This document shows positions 42,465 through 52,863 of a stretch of 64,000 nucleotides of DNA, in pieces. The position numbers and the translations under genes were made by a program. The notes below the pieces were generated by a model. The model worked only from the letters and a program-made list of their open reading frames with translations. It made no database searches and was not told the DNA's origin. Positions within the stretch are counted from its first letter, which is position 1. Each line of letters begins with the position of its first letter. This stretch comes from Alphaproteobacteria bacterium (GTDB lineage: Bacteria > Pseudomonadota > Alphaproteobacteria > CAAGCB01 > CAG-977): positions 90,934 to 154,933 of the forward strand of contig JAKSVU010000001.1 in NCBI GenBank assembly GCA_024413465.1, in the 5' to 3' direction.

Positions 42465-44537
42465 ATGAGACCAGAGATTATTTTCCCATTTTTTATGGAT
42501 ATAAATACGTTAAAAGGAATTGGAACAAAAACAGCTCTGTTGTGTGAAAAATTGTGTGGAACAAAAATAATTGATTTATTATTTCATATCCCTTCTCATT
42601 ATATAGATCGAAGTATAAAAACAACAATTACAGAAGCTCCCAATAATGAGATAGTTACTCTAAAAGTTGAAACTGTTCAGCATATTCTTCCATCTTCAAA
42701 AAAAAGTCCATATCGTGTAATTTGTAAAGATGAAACAGGAATAATATCTGTTATTTTTTTTCATGCTTATGGAAATTATCCAGAAAAACAATTACCTATT
42801 GGACAAAAAAGATTCATTTGTGGAAAATTTGAAAGAAATAAAAGTTCTTTCTGTCAGATGATTCAACCTGATTATATCGTTACTGAAACAAATTTAAATC
42901 AGATACCAATTATAGATCCAATTTATCCATTAACTGCCAGCCTTTCCTGCAAAGTTTTGAGTAAATCAATTAAATTAGCTTGTGAAAAAATACCTGATTT
43001 ACCTGAATGGCAAATCTTAAATCAAACAAACAATATTACTTTTAAACAAGCATTAAAACTTATTCACAATCCTATTGATAAGAAAAATTTTGAGTCGATT
43101 AATTCTTGTATTGAAAGACTAGCTTATGATGAGCTGTTAGCGAATCAGTTAGCATTGGCAATTATTCGAAATAAAATAAAGTTATCAAATGGATTAAAAA
43201 TAAAATCAAACAAGAAATACTTTAAACAAGTTCTTAATAGTTTACCCTTTTCATTAACCGCTGCACAAAATAAAGTATTACATGAAATAATTGAAGATTT
43301 ACAATCTTCTAAAAAAATGACTAGAATAGTACAAGGAGATGTTGGTAGCGGAAAGACTATAATTGCACTTCTTTCTATGCTTTTTGTATTAGATGCGGGA
43401 TTTCAATCTGCTTTAATGGCTCCTACAGATATTCTTGCAAACCAACATTATGAAAAATTTAAAAAATATATCGGTGATGATATTCCTATTGCTCTTATAA
43501 CAGGGAAAATTAAAGGAAAAACTCGTAAAGATATTTTAGAAAAAATTTCAAATGGAGAAATAAAGTTAGTTATTGGGACTCACTCTATTTTTTCTGAAGA
43601 TGTTACTTTTAAAAATCTGGCTCTAGCTATTACAGATGAGCAACATAAGTTCGGAGTAAATCAAAGATTACTTTTATCAAAAAAAGGAGAACATGTCGAT
43701 GTCTTAGCCATGACAGCTACTCCAATTCCAAGAACATTAGCCTTAACAGCATACGGAGATATGGATATTTCAAAAATAGATATGCTTCCTCCTGAAAGAA
43801 AAGAAATTCAAACAAGTGTTATGTCTATTGAAAAAATTAGCCAACTTTGTCAATCTTTAACTAAAATTATAAATGCGAAAAATAAAATTTATTGGGTATG
43901 TCCATTAGTTGAAGACAATGAATCTTTAGATTTTGCTGCCGCAAAAAAACGTTTTGAAGAATTATCTAAATTTTTCCCAAACAGAGTTGGTTTACTTTAT
44001 GGTAAAATGACTGTTGAAGAAAAGAAACAAGTAATGGATGATTTTATTTCTGATAAATTGGATATTCTTGTCTCAACAACTGTTATTGAAGTTGGTGTCG
44101 ATGTTCCATCAGCAACAGTGATTGTTATCGAAAATGCTCAACGCTTTGGATTAGCTCAACTACATCAATTACGAGGACGCGTGGGCAGAAATTCAACTCA
44201 ATCGTATTGTATTTTATTATATAGTACCCCTTTAACTGATATTGCAAAACAAAGATTAAATATTATGAAAAATTCACAGGATGGATTTTATATCGCAGAA
44301 CAAGATTTAAAATTAAGAGGCTGTGGAGAGATTCTCGGAACCAAACAAAGTGGACTTCCTGAATTTAAAATTGCAGATTTAGAAAAGCATATTCATTTAT
44401 TAAATAAAGCTACAACAGATGCAGCAAATATCATAAAAAATGATCCGCATCTTATTTCTAGTCGTGGAAAAGCTTTGCGGTTACTTCTTTATTTATTCCA
44501 GAAAGAAAATGCTATTCAACTATTATCTGCTGGCTAA
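42465..44537 (+). CDS. recG: ATP-dependent DNA helicase RecG
   Basis: Wedge domain, GDVGSGKT, DEQHKFGV, QLRGRVGR; start placed at MRPEIIFPFF. Confidence 0.96.
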   Translation: MRPEIIFPFFMDINTLKGIGTKTALLCEKLCGTKIIDLLFHIPSHYIDRSIKTTITEAPNNEIVTLKVETVQHILPSSKKSPYRVICKDETGIISVIFFHAYGNYPEKQLPIGQKRFICGKFERNKSSFCQMIQPDYIVTETNLNQIPIIDPIYPLTASLSCKVLSKSIKLACEKIPDLPEWQILNQTNNITFKQALKLIHNPIDKKNFESINSCIERLAYDELLANQLALAIIRNKIKLSNGLKIKSNKKYFKQVLNSLPFSLTAAQNKVLHEIIEDLQSSKKMTRIVQGDVGSGKTIIALLSMLFVLDAGFQSALMAPTDILANQHYEKFKKYIGDDIPIALITGKIKGKTRKDILEKISNGEIKLVIGTHSIFSEDVTFKNLALAITDEQHKFGVNQRLLLSKKGEHVDVLAMTATPIPRTLALTAYGDMDISKIDMLPPERKEIQTSVMSIEKISQLCQSLTKIINAKNKIYWVCPLVEDNESLDFAAAKKRFEELSKFFPNRVGLLYGKMTVEEKKQVMDDFISDKLDILVSTTVIEVGVDVPSATVIVIENAQRFGLAQLHQLRGRVGRNSTQSYCILLYSTPLTDIAKQRLNIMKNSQDGFYIAEQDLKLRGCGEILGTKQSGLPEFKIADLEKHIHLLNKATTDAANIIKNDPHLISSRGKALRLLLYLFQKENAIQLLSAG

Positions 44538-45488
44538 ATAATTTAATGGATTAACGGCCTTTATACCTTTTCTTATTTCAAAATGGAGCTGAGCTTCTTT
44601 TGCATTCCCGGTTTTTCCAGCCTTTGCAATAATTTGTCCCTTTTGAACAATGTCTCCCCTTTTAGCAAGAAAAGTTTGGACATGAGCATAAGCAGTCATC
44701 CAACCGTCAGAATGTTTTACTAAAATCAAATTACCAAATCCCTTTAGTTCATTTCCAGCGTAAGCAATAATACCATTTTCTGCAACTTTTACAGAAGTAC
44801 CCTCTTTTACTTTTATGTTTATTCCATCATTATGCAGACCAGAACCTGCGGGACCGAACTTTGTTAAAATTTCTCCATTCACAGGCCAATCAAAATTTTT
44901 TCCACCCCGTTTAGGTGGATTTTTTAATTGGGCAATCGTTACTCTGCTTTTCATAATTTTTTGCTTTGATACAATTTTGACACGCTTTTCTTTATTTGTT
45001 TTTATTGTTTTTTGTTCAACAATGGCAGCTGGTATCTTTAATTTTGAATTTATCGATAAAATATATGGTTCCTTAATATCATTAACCTTTATCAAAGTAC
45101 TCATATCAACAGAATACACTCTGGATATACTGTAGATTGTATCACCTCTTTTTACTATATGAACAGCTAAGGATTTTGCTGGAATTCTTAAACACATACC
45201 TTCTTTTAAAATAAACGGAGGTGTCAAATTATTTTCAATAATTATATCCCTATTTGAAACATTATATTTTCTAGATAACGAATAAACAGTATCACCTTTT
45301 TGAATAATAATACTTTGATTAGATTTCTGAAAATATTGTTTCTTTTTTGTCTTGCTGTTTGAATAATATGTTGGACTTCTATATGTACCACCATTAATGA
45401 TTACAGAAGAACATCCTGATACAAAGAAAATACAGGAAATGGAAACTGCTAATAATGTTTTTTTTAGATATCCCATTTTTTCAATCAC
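44523..45488 (-). CDS. LysM/M23 lipoprotein (NlpD/DipM-like)
   Basis: Lipobox VSGC; two LysM repeats (GDTVYS, GDTIYS); M23 domain NDGINI...YAH...LHFEIR. Confidence 0.9.
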   Translation of the reverse strand: MIEKMGYLKKTLLAVSISCIFFVSGCSSVIINGGTYRSPTYYSNSKTKKKQYFQKSNQSIIIQKGDTVYSLSRKYNVSNRDIIIENNLTPPFILKEGMCLRIPAKSLAVHIVKRGDTIYSISRVYSVDMSTLIKVNDIKEPYILSINSKLKIPAAIVEQKTIKTNKEKRVKIVSKQKIMKSRVTIAQLKNPPKRGGKNFDWPVNGEILTKFGPAGSGLHNDGINIKVKEGTSVKVAENGIIAYAGNELKGFGNLILVKHSDGWMTAYAHVQTFLAKRGDIVQKGQIIAKAGKTGNAKEAQLHFEIRKGIKAVNPLNYLASR

Positions 45489-45546
45489 AGTAAAAATACA
45501 TTTCTAATTCAAATTATCTTAAAAAAGTTTAAAAAATATAAACTTA

Positions 45547-47826
45547 TTAAAACTGATGGGTTAAAAGATATTCAAAACTCCATGGGAAAATAAAATTAGG
45601 TAAAATTTGATTGTTTCTTCCTGTATAAATAAAACCTAATGGTAAAACATCACTTGTAGTATTTTCTACTTGATTACGAATCCATTCGTGATTATACGGT
45701 AAAGAAATACTTTTAATTTTAGATATTTTTTTTCTACTTAAGATACGAGAAATTATACTTTTTTCTATTTTACAATATAAACATCCATTTTCATTAACAG
45801 AAATTAAAACAGTATTACCTAATGACGTTTCATTTCTTATAAAGTTATCGATATCTGTAGTTATTTGAGGATCGCTGTATTGCATAGGTAAGAAAAAAGT
45901 ATTTAAACAAATAAGTATAATAAAATATTTTATACCTATTTTGTTTAACAACGTAAATAAAATAAAAACACAAAAAGCACATAAGGTAAATTGCAAAACT
46001 GTACATTGAATAAAAATTATACAAGTTAATAAAGTACAAGAAATAAATAGCGGAATATAAATTAATTTTTTTATTTTAGAATGATATTTATCCATAAATT
46101 TAATTCTCATAGATAAATAAAACAAACTACTCATAATTATAAAATGAATAATGTATATTGTGACTATATAAAATATTGGGCTTTGCTTTATGAGAGAATA
46201 TAAATTGTATTGTATTGATAATAATGGAGAAATTAAAGGTAAAATTACAGTAAAAATTCCAACAACAAAACCTTGCTTTTGTGATGACCATTCTACAGAC
46301 TTCTTTTTCAAATTGATTAAAATAAATATGAAAAACACTAAATATAAGTAGTTTAAAAATATATAATTAAATTGCATTCCCCAAAATATTTTTGAATAGT
46401 GTAATGTAAATAAGGTGGCTACTATAAATAAAAACGAATACGAAAAGGATTTTATATATACATTGAAAAATTCTTCAGCTTCTTCACTATGCTCATTGTG
46501 TATGATTTTATGAAGAAAACTAAAAGCTCCCATTGAAAATGGAGTACATAAAAATAAAACAAAGAAATAAATTAAAAAAAATGAAATATTTTTTAATGAA
46601 AAAGAATAAAAATGGTTGCGTACTTCCTTTATTTGTAATTTTTGGTGAAGAAGATGTGTTGATCGTTCTTGGTGAATATAGACATCAATATCGCTAATAC
46701 CTTTTGATATTTGATCTGAATTTAATATTGGGAACTTATAAACATAATTATTTCCATCAGATAAAATAATTGGTGTTCCTGTAATAATATTTGATCCAAA
46801 TAAAAAAATATTACTCTTATTTGATAAAATTTTTTTTGAAATAGACAATTCTATTGTCTTTCTGTTAGGATAAATAAAGATTTCATTCAAGTTTATTTTC
46901 TTTCCAGAATTATTTAAGGATAAATATTTTGCTTGTTCTAATTGTATACAACTTTCTGAATAAACTGGAGATTGTTCAATTTGTAAAGATGTTGTTGGGA
47001 ATGTAATATTTTGACATTTATTATTAAAACAGATTGGTAAACTTAAATTAATATTTAAATTTACTTGTTGATTTTGATCTAAAATGTCCAATTCAAAAGG
47101 TAGAATCATTTCTTTTTTAAATATTAGATCTCCAGAAGAATTTTGTAGTGGAATAGGATAATAAAATTTATTTACATGAAAATTCTCTGATGAATTGTTA
47201 AAATCAAGGTGAATGAGATTATGCAATTCATTATTTTTTTTGAAAAGAACTGAATAACCATCATCTAATAACACCATTATTCCTGATAAAATTTTAGTTT
47301 GTTCTCTATTTTTTACAGCACAGGATGCTAAAAGTAATGCAGCTCCATTAATATATGTAGGTTTAGAAAAACACTTTTTTTGGATAATTGATTCAAAATA
47401 TTTTTCTGTTGGATTAATTTTTGGAACGACATATTTTACATTTTTCCATGTATCCCTATCATCAATATCTACAAATTTTTCAGGTTGATTTGGATGAGTA
47501 TTTTCAATTTGTTTATTTATTTCAGCAATAGCGTACTGAGCATATGTTTCAAAATCCTGTACTTTTTTGGAAATATTAGAAAGATATTCTACAATTGGAT
47601 CCGAGTTAACTTCGTTAATTTTTAAAATTTCATTTAAAATTTCTCCATCAGAAGCTCCTAAATTTTTATTTTTTTTATAAAAATCATATATATATTTTGT
47701 TTTTTGAGCTCTAGTTAGTTGCATATATTGCTCAAGATCTCCATATGTTAAAGGAATAATTTCAGCTTTTACTGAAAAACTAAATTGCAAAATAAATAAA
47801 ATAGAAATTAAGATTGATTTAAGCAT
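45547..47826 (-). CDS. Divergent DsbD/DipZ-like membrane protein
   Basis: Signal peptide, periplasmic domain with ICFNNKC, multi-TM block, thioredoxin-like GCLYCK; divergent from a YqgE gene as dsbD often is in alphaproteobacteria. Confidence 0.6.
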   Translation of the reverse strand: MLKSILISILFILQFSFSVKAEIIPLTYGDLEQYMQLTRAQKTKYIYDFYKKNKNLGASDGEILNEILKINEVNSDPIVEYLSNISKKVQDFETYAQYAIAEINKQIENTHPNQPEKFVDIDDRDTWKNVKYVVPKINPTEKYFESIIQKKCFSKPTYINGAALLLASCAVKNREQTKILSGIMVLLDDGYSVLFKKNNELHNLIHLDFNNSSENFHVNKFYYPIPLQNSSGDLIFKKEMILPFELDILDQNQQVNLNINLSLPICFNNKCQNITFPTTSLQIEQSPVYSESCIQLEQAKYLSLNNSGKKINLNEIFIYPNRKTIELSISKKILSNKSNIFLFGSNIITGTPIILSDGNNYVYKFPILNSDQISKGISDIDVYIHQERSTHLLHQKLQIKEVRNHFYSFSLKNISFFLIYFFVLFLCTPFSMGAFSFLHKIIHNEHSEEAEEFFNVYIKSFSYSFLFIVATLFTLHYSKIFWGMQFNYIFLNYLYLVFFIFILINLKKKSVEWSSQKQGFVVGIFTVILPLISPLLSIQYNLYSLIKQSPIFYIVTIYIIHFIIMSSLFYLSMRIKFMDKYHSKIKKLIYIPLFISCTLLTCIIFIQCTVLQFTLCAFCVFILFTLLNKIGIKYFIILICLNTFFLPMQYSDPQITTDIDNFIRNETSLGNTVLISVNENGCLYCKIEKSIISRILSRKKISKIKSISLPYNHEWIRNQVENTTSDVLPLGFIYTGRNNQILPNFIFPWSFEYLLTHQF

Positions 47827-47892
47827 ATTAAATCCTTTTTTAAGTTATTTATATTTTAATAGTTAAAGTACTTTTTTTAAAGAGGATTTTTT

Positions 47893-48447
47893 ATGTCATT
47901 TTTAACTGGGAAATTTTTAATTTCAACTCCGACAATAGATGATGGCCCTTTTAAAAAGAGTGTCATATATATTTGCCTTCATAATCAAGAAGGTGCTATG
48001 GGATTAATGTTTAGCAGCAAACTTTCTCATTTTACTTTTGAAAATTTATTACAGCAATTAAATATCATCAAGAATAAATACCCAAAAACAATTACTCTTT
48101 TGTCTGGAGGGCCTGTTGATCCAAGTCGTGGCTTTGTTATTCATTCTCCTGAATTCAAAACAAAAACATCAGTTCATATTGAGCCAGATATGTCATTTTC
48201 ATTATCAACAGAAGTAATAAAAGCAATTGCTGAAAATAATGGCCCTGAAAAATTTTCAATTTTTTTGGGATATTCAGCCTGGAAAGCAGGACAACTTGAA
48301 AACGAAATTAAAGAAAATTATTGGCTTATTGCAGATTTATCTTCAAATTTTATTTTTGATATTCCTGTAGAAAAAAGGTGGGACTATGCCTATAAATGTA
48401 TAAACATAGCCCCTATCAATTTATCCAGGAAACAAGGAAATACTTAA
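47893..48447 (+). CDS. YqgE/AlgH family protein (UPF0301)
   Basis: GAMGL, GGPVDPSRGFVIHS, LGYSAWKAGQLENEI. Confidence 0.92.
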   Translation: MSFLTGKFLISTPTIDDGPFKKSVIYICLHNQEGAMGLMFSSKLSHFTFENLLQQLNIIKNKYPKTITLLSGGPVDPSRGFVIHSPEFKTKTSVHIEPDMSFSLSTEVIKAIAENNGPEKFSIFLGYSAWKAGQLENEIKENYWLIADLSSNFIFDIPVEKRWDYAYKCINIAPINLSRKQGNT

Positions 48448-49473
48448 TTATCTCCCACTCCTTACCGCTTTTAACTCAGCAATTTTTCTAATATTATTTT
48501 TCTTTTCTTCAAACATTCCTGATATTGGTTTTTCCCCCATTTTTGGGCGTTCTCGCTTCATATAATCTGGGCGAGTTGGAATACTTCTTAAAGATGGATC
48601 AGGTTCCATTCCAGTCAATTCTTTTCTTAATTTAAAGAAATCGTTCATATCATCCATTGCTTGTTCTGCAACATCTAAAAATTTACCACCTTCTAGACGT
48701 TTTGGATCATTAATGTAATAATTTCCATTTTTTGTCCAACCTGCCATTGCAATAGCTTCTTCGGCAGACATCGTTTGTTTATTATAAAATAAAGTCGGTT
48801 CTTTTCCTTGTTTAATTTCATAAATTTCCTTTGTCATTGGTTCTATTTGGTAAGCTTCCTCATAGACAGTCTTTGTTCTTTTTTGATCATACCAACCTTC
48901 AAATGTTGCTGTCATAACCGTATGATTGATTTCCCCTTCTTTTTGATAAGCTAAGCTAAAAGCACTTTCAATTTCCGGATATCTTGATTTAAATATTTCA
49001 TAAGGTTTTGTATCTCCCTGAAGAGCCAATTCTTTGCAAGCTGTTATTGCATACGTTTGGGCATCAGCTTCCATTGCTCTAAAAGAAATCAATTCAGAAC
49101 GAACATCCATTACTCCAAAAGCTTCATGAGCACCACGAACAAATTGTCCTGCATGGCGGCATTCATGACATAAAGTTCCTACCAACTTAGAATCAGATTC
49201 TTCTGGATTTAAGCGAACCCAATGTCCTGCTTCATCGCAAGCACCACAACAACGAACACCTGGTTCAAAAAAACTAAATTTAAAACCATTTTCTGCAGCA
49301 ATTTGCAAAGTTTCTAAACCACAAGAAGATTGTGCTAAATTGTTTACTAAAGCAATCATTCTTGGTTTATCTGCTTCTTTACACTCTGTCATATCAATAG
49401 CAACAACAGGTTTTACGCTAGCATCATATTGTTTTGTTTTATTCTCATTTTCAAAGATATTATTAAGAGTCAT
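48448..49473 (-). CDS. Putative zinc metallopeptidase (DUF6782-like), paralog 2, C-terminal ...VRSGR
   Basis: TLCHECRHAGQ and RAMEADA; paralog of the adjacent gene; start uncertain (49473-49494). Confidence 0.7.
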   Translation of the reverse strand: MTLNNIFENENKTKQYDASVKPVVAIDMTECKEADKPRMIALVNNLAQSSCGLETLQIAAENGFKFSFFEPGVRCCGACDEAGHWVRLNPEESDSKLVGTLCHECRHAGQFVRGAHEAFGVMDVRSELISFRAMEADAQTYAITACKELALQGDTKPYEIFKSRYPEIESAFSLAYQKEGEINHTVMTATFEGWYDQKRTKTVYEEAYQIEPMTKEIYEIKQGKEPTLFYNKQTMSAEEAIAMAGWTKNGNYYINDPKRLEGGKFLDVAEQAMDDMNDFFKLRKELTGMEPDPSLRSIPTRPDYMKRERPKMGEKPISGMFEEKKNNIRKIAELKAVRSGR

Positions 49474-49490
49474 TTTTTTCATCCATATTA

Positions 49491-50537
49491 TCAACGAATT
49501 TTTGTAGCTTTTATTTTTGCAATTAAAGCAGTTTTCATATCCTTATTTGAATTTGCAATTTCTTTTCCATCATTTTTATGATGTCTTGTTTTTGCTGGTA
49601 AATTATATACATCACGCACAGGCATATCTAAATAAGAATTATCCATTTCAGATCCATACCGTTTATTTCTAGTAACAAAAAACTTATCACAAGCTGTAAT
49701 TGTTTCAGCACATACGGATAATTTTTCTTTTTCATTTAAAACATCTTTATTGTTATTCCAATAGCATTTACCTTCAGCATTTTGACAAAACATTGTTACT
49801 ATATCTGCCGAAGAAATTTTTTTATCATAAGGATAAGATTGTTCATCTTTATACTGAACAGCTTCATTCATAACATCTTGAATATAGCCTTCTTCATAAG
49901 CTTCAACCATATCGGTTGCTTTATACCATCCATTAAAAGCAGCCTGTAACATTTTGTCGGAAACAGGAGCATCTTTTGACGAAGCTGCATTCATAAATTC
50001 AGTGGCAATTTCAACAGAATCTGAAGAAAATGATTTCCAAGGACCATCGTTTCCACTATTTATTCGTATTTCATGACATGTCGCAGCTGCAGCTGTTTCA
50101 GCATCGGCTTCTTCAGCACGTGTATACATGATTTCACTTTTTACATTATATTGACCGAATTCTGCAGAAGCTCCACGACAGAACTGTTGAGCATGTCTTG
50201 CTTCATGAGCTAACGTAGCAATCAATAAATTATCTGGCAAAGTTGGATTCAAAACAATCATTCTACTATCTGGATCACAGAATCCACAGGAATCTTTTTG
50301 TTGTTCAAAACATAAGGTATATCCTGCAGAAGCAGCTTCTTCTAACACAGATTTTCCGAAAGGAGAACTTTCTGCAATTGTATTGATAAATTTTACTAAA
50401 CGAGCTTGATCTTTCGGTTTTCTAGCCTTTGTTTTAAAAGGAATTGCCTTTGATGGAACTTGTATTTGTTGGTTACCTTGATTCTTAGAACCTTGAGATT
50501 TTCTTTTTTTTGCAAAAACTTCATTTAATTCAGACAT
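49491..50537 (-). CDS. Putative zinc metallopeptidase (DUF6782-like), paralog 1
   Basis: TLAHEARHAQQ and RAEEADA; AAGGAGA RBS. Confidence 0.7.
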   Translation of the reverse strand: MSELNEVFAKKRKSQGSKNQGNQQIQVPSKAIPFKTKARKPKDQARLVKFINTIAESSPFGKSVLEEAASAGYTLCFEQQKDSCGFCDPDSRMIVLNPTLPDNLLIATLAHEARHAQQFCRGASAEFGQYNVKSEIMYTRAEEADAETAAAATCHEIRINSGNDGPWKSFSSDSVEIATEFMNAASSKDAPVSDKMLQAAFNGWYKATDMVEAYEEGYIQDVMNEAVQYKDEQSYPYDKKISSADIVTMFCQNAEGKCYWNNNKDVLNEKEKLSVCAETITACDKFFVTRNKRYGSEMDNSYLDMPVRDVYNLPAKTRHHKNDGKEIANSNKDMKTALIAKIKATKIR

Positions 50538-50685
50538 AATAAAAGTTCTCCTTATGCAATTTAGAATTTTATTTTTTATAATTTACGTCTAAAATGTATT
50601 TTTTGTCAATATTTTTTGTCAAAATAAAAGAATACATAATGTTACAAAACTATCAAATAGAAGTCGTAATTTTTTACAAAAACAT

Positions 50686-50717
50686 TTGACAAAAAATATA
50701 AAATATTTCATTATAAT
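50686..50717 (+). promoter_or_regulatory. Sigma70-type promoter upstream of the DUF3800 leader
   Basis: TTGACA at 50686; CATTAT at 17-bp spacing, overlapping a TATAAT at 50712. Confidence 0.55.
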
Positions 50718-50730
50718 ACCTGTATTTATG

Positions 50731-50800
50731 TTTACGCAGGGAACTTATGTCCTGCAAATCCTATTGACCACCTTTAGGGTGGTCATAGTTGTTTATAGGA
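50731..50800 (+). ncRNA. Candidate structured leader or small RNA of the DUF3800 gene
   Basis: Hairpin GCAGG/CCTGC (50736-50755) and hairpin TGACCACC/GGTGGTCA (50765-50785), GC-rich in an AT-rich spacer. Confidence 0.5.
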
Positions 50801-50806
50801 ACTTTC

Positions 50807-51658
50807 ATGGTAAAACTTTGTTACATTGATGAATCTGGTGATTTAGGACCTATTCCTTTGATAAATAATGTATCTGAAAATTATCAACCTGTTTTAATTA
50901 TAGGAGGGATATTCATTGATTCTGATGTGTTACCAGATTTAACTCACGATTTTATTGGTTTAAAACACAGATTTTATCCTGGTTTAAATTACCCAACAGA
51001 CAAATTTTTAGATCGTATTATTCCTGAAATTAAAGGTGCAGATTTACGTAGAAATGCCATGCGGGGAAGTCATAAGATTAAACGTCATGCTATTGGTTTT
51101 TTGGATAAAATTATTGACTTGTTTTTTACGTATCATATCAAATTAGTTAGCAGGATTTGGATAAAAATTCCGGGAGAATATTTTGATGGCAAGGCTGTTT
51201 ACACATCATCAATTCAAAGTATTTTTACATATTTTGATCATTTTTCTTACTCGAATAACGATAAAGGTGTTTGTATAGCTGACAGTCGAGACTATTTAAA
51301 AAATATAAATGTCTCACATTCTGTTTTTACGCAAAAATTTCGAATTATGCATCCATTATATAAAAATATTATTGAAATGCCATGTTTTGGACATAGTAAC
51401 AATTCATCAGGATTGCAGCTATGTGATATTCTTTGTTCTGCTTTTCTATTTCCGATAGCTAGTTATGTTTATTGTTCTGATTTTATAGACAATGTTCATG
51501 TAAATTCAGCAGCTTTGTCTTTAAGAGATAGATACGGTTCAAAATTACGAGATCTTCAATACCGTTTTATTAATCAAAAAGGTCTTAATTCTGGTGGAAT
51601 TGTTGTATCAGATCCATTTAATAAAAAAAATGCAATTTCAATATTTAAACAGGTATAA
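50807..51658 (+). CDS. DUF3800 family protein (RNase H-like fold)
   Basis: YIDESGD N-terminal motif, EIKG, IADSR, LQLCDILC; ATG behind TAGGA. Confidence 0.85.
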   Translation: MVKLCYIDESGDLGPIPLINNVSENYQPVLIIGGIFIDSDVLPDLTHDFIGLKHRFYPGLNYPTDKFLDRIIPEIKGADLRRNAMRGSHKIKRHAIGFLDKIIDLFFTYHIKLVSRIWIKIPGEYFDGKAVYTSSIQSIFTYFDHFSYSNNDKGVCIADSRDYLKNINVSHSVFTQKFRIMHPLYKNIIEMPCFGHSNNSSGLQLCDILCSAFLFPIASYVYCSDFIDNVHVNSAALSLRDRYGSKLRDLQYRFINQKGLNSGGIVVSDPFNKKNAISIFKQV

Positions 51659-51687
51659 AAAAAGCTTCTTTTCAGAAGCTTTTTTTT
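51657..51687. terminator. Bidirectional terminator between DUF3800 and rpsI
   Basis: AAAAAGCTTCT-TTTC-AGAAGCTTTTT. Confidence 0.8.
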
Positions 51688-51688
51688 A

Positions 51689-52153
51689 TTAACGTTTACT
51701 GAATTGGTAGCTACGACGAGCTTTCGCTTTACCATATTTTTTACGTTCAACAACACGAGGATCGCGTGTCAAGAAACCTGCGTGTTTTAAAGCTGAATGT
51801 AAATCAGGTTCATAATTATCCAAGCAACGACTAATTCCATGACGAATTGCACCAGCTTGACCTGACAATCCACCCCCAGAAACTGTAATCATAGCATCAA
51901 ATTGATTTTCACGATTTGTTACTACAAATGGCTGATTAATCAACATTCTTAAAACAGGGCGTGAAAAATACGCAGATTGGTCTTTTCCATTGATAATAAT
52001 TTTACCAGATCCAGCTTTCAACCATACACGTGCAGACGCGTCTTTACGACGGCCTGTAGCATATGCACGACCTAATTTATCACGTTGTGGTTCGCGAACA
52101 ACAATTGCTTTTTCAGCAACTGAATCTAAATTCTTTAATTCTTCAAAAGCCAT
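51689..52153 (-). CDS. rpsI: 30S ribosomal protein S9
   Basis: [22 protein letters not shown]...QFSKR. Confidence 0.98.
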   Translation of the reverse strand: MAFEELKNLDSVAEKAIVVREPQRDKLGRAYATGRRKDASARVWLKAGSGKIIINGKDQSAYFSRPVLRMLINQPFVVTNRENQFDAMITVSGGGLSGQAGAIRHGISRCLDNYEPDLHSALKHAGFLTRDPRVVERKKYGKAKARRSYQFSKR

Positions 52154-52155
52154 AA

Positions 52156-52617
52156 TTACCCCCTCTTATTCTTAGGATTTAAAGATGCTAAATCTAATAC
52201 TTGTGGATTTTGAGCTGCATGTGGATGATCTTTGCCGGCATAAACACGTAAATTCGTCATCTGCTTACGACCTAATGAATTTCTGGTAATCATACGTTCT
52301 ACAGCCTTAATGATAACACGTTCTGGGTGTTCACCAGCAATAACTTTTCCAGCTGTTACGCCTTTAATACCGCCAGGATGACCAGTATGACGATAATAGA
52401 CTTTATCTTCTAACTTTTTGCCTGTTAAAGCAACTTTTTCAGCATTAACAACAACAACGTAATCCCCACAGTCGATGTGTGGTGTATAACATGTTTTATG
52501 TTTGCCTCTTAAAATTTTTGAAACTATACTTGCCAAACGTCCCAAAACGATATCTTCAGCATCAATCAAATACCATTTTTTTTGAACATCAGCAGGTTTT
52601 ACTGATAATGTTTGCAT
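52156..52617 (-). CDS. rplM: 50S ribosomal protein L13
   Basis: WYLIDA...[23 protein letters not shown]. Confidence 0.98.
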   Translation of the reverse strand: MQTLSVKPADVQKKWYLIDAEDIVLGRLASIVSKILRGKHKTCYTPHIDCGDYVVVVNAEKVALTGKKLEDKVYYRHTGHPGGIKGVTAGKVIAGEHPERVIIKAVERMITRNSLGRKQMTNLRVYAGKDHPHAAQNPQVLDLASLNPKNKRG

Positions 52618-52654
52618 AAGTTTAATCCTTAATATTTAAGTTAACAATGTCTTG

Positions 52655-52682
52655 AAGATATATTTTTATTTTATTTTGTCAA
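52655..52682 (-). promoter_or_regulatory. Putative rplM-rpsI promoter
   Basis: Minus strand TTGACA-16 bp-TATCTT upstream of rplM. Confidence 0.5.
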
Positions 52683-52863
52683 CAAAAAACAATACATCTT
52701 TATTATTACAAATCAATATGTTATAAAATAGGTATTATAATACCTTTCCTACACACTTTGGAATTTGTGGATTTTCAGTAATAAAAAAAATAATGATATA
52801 TGTTGATTGATGGCCAAAATTAAATTATACATTTGACATTAGATAAATCATTTAGAGGTTATT

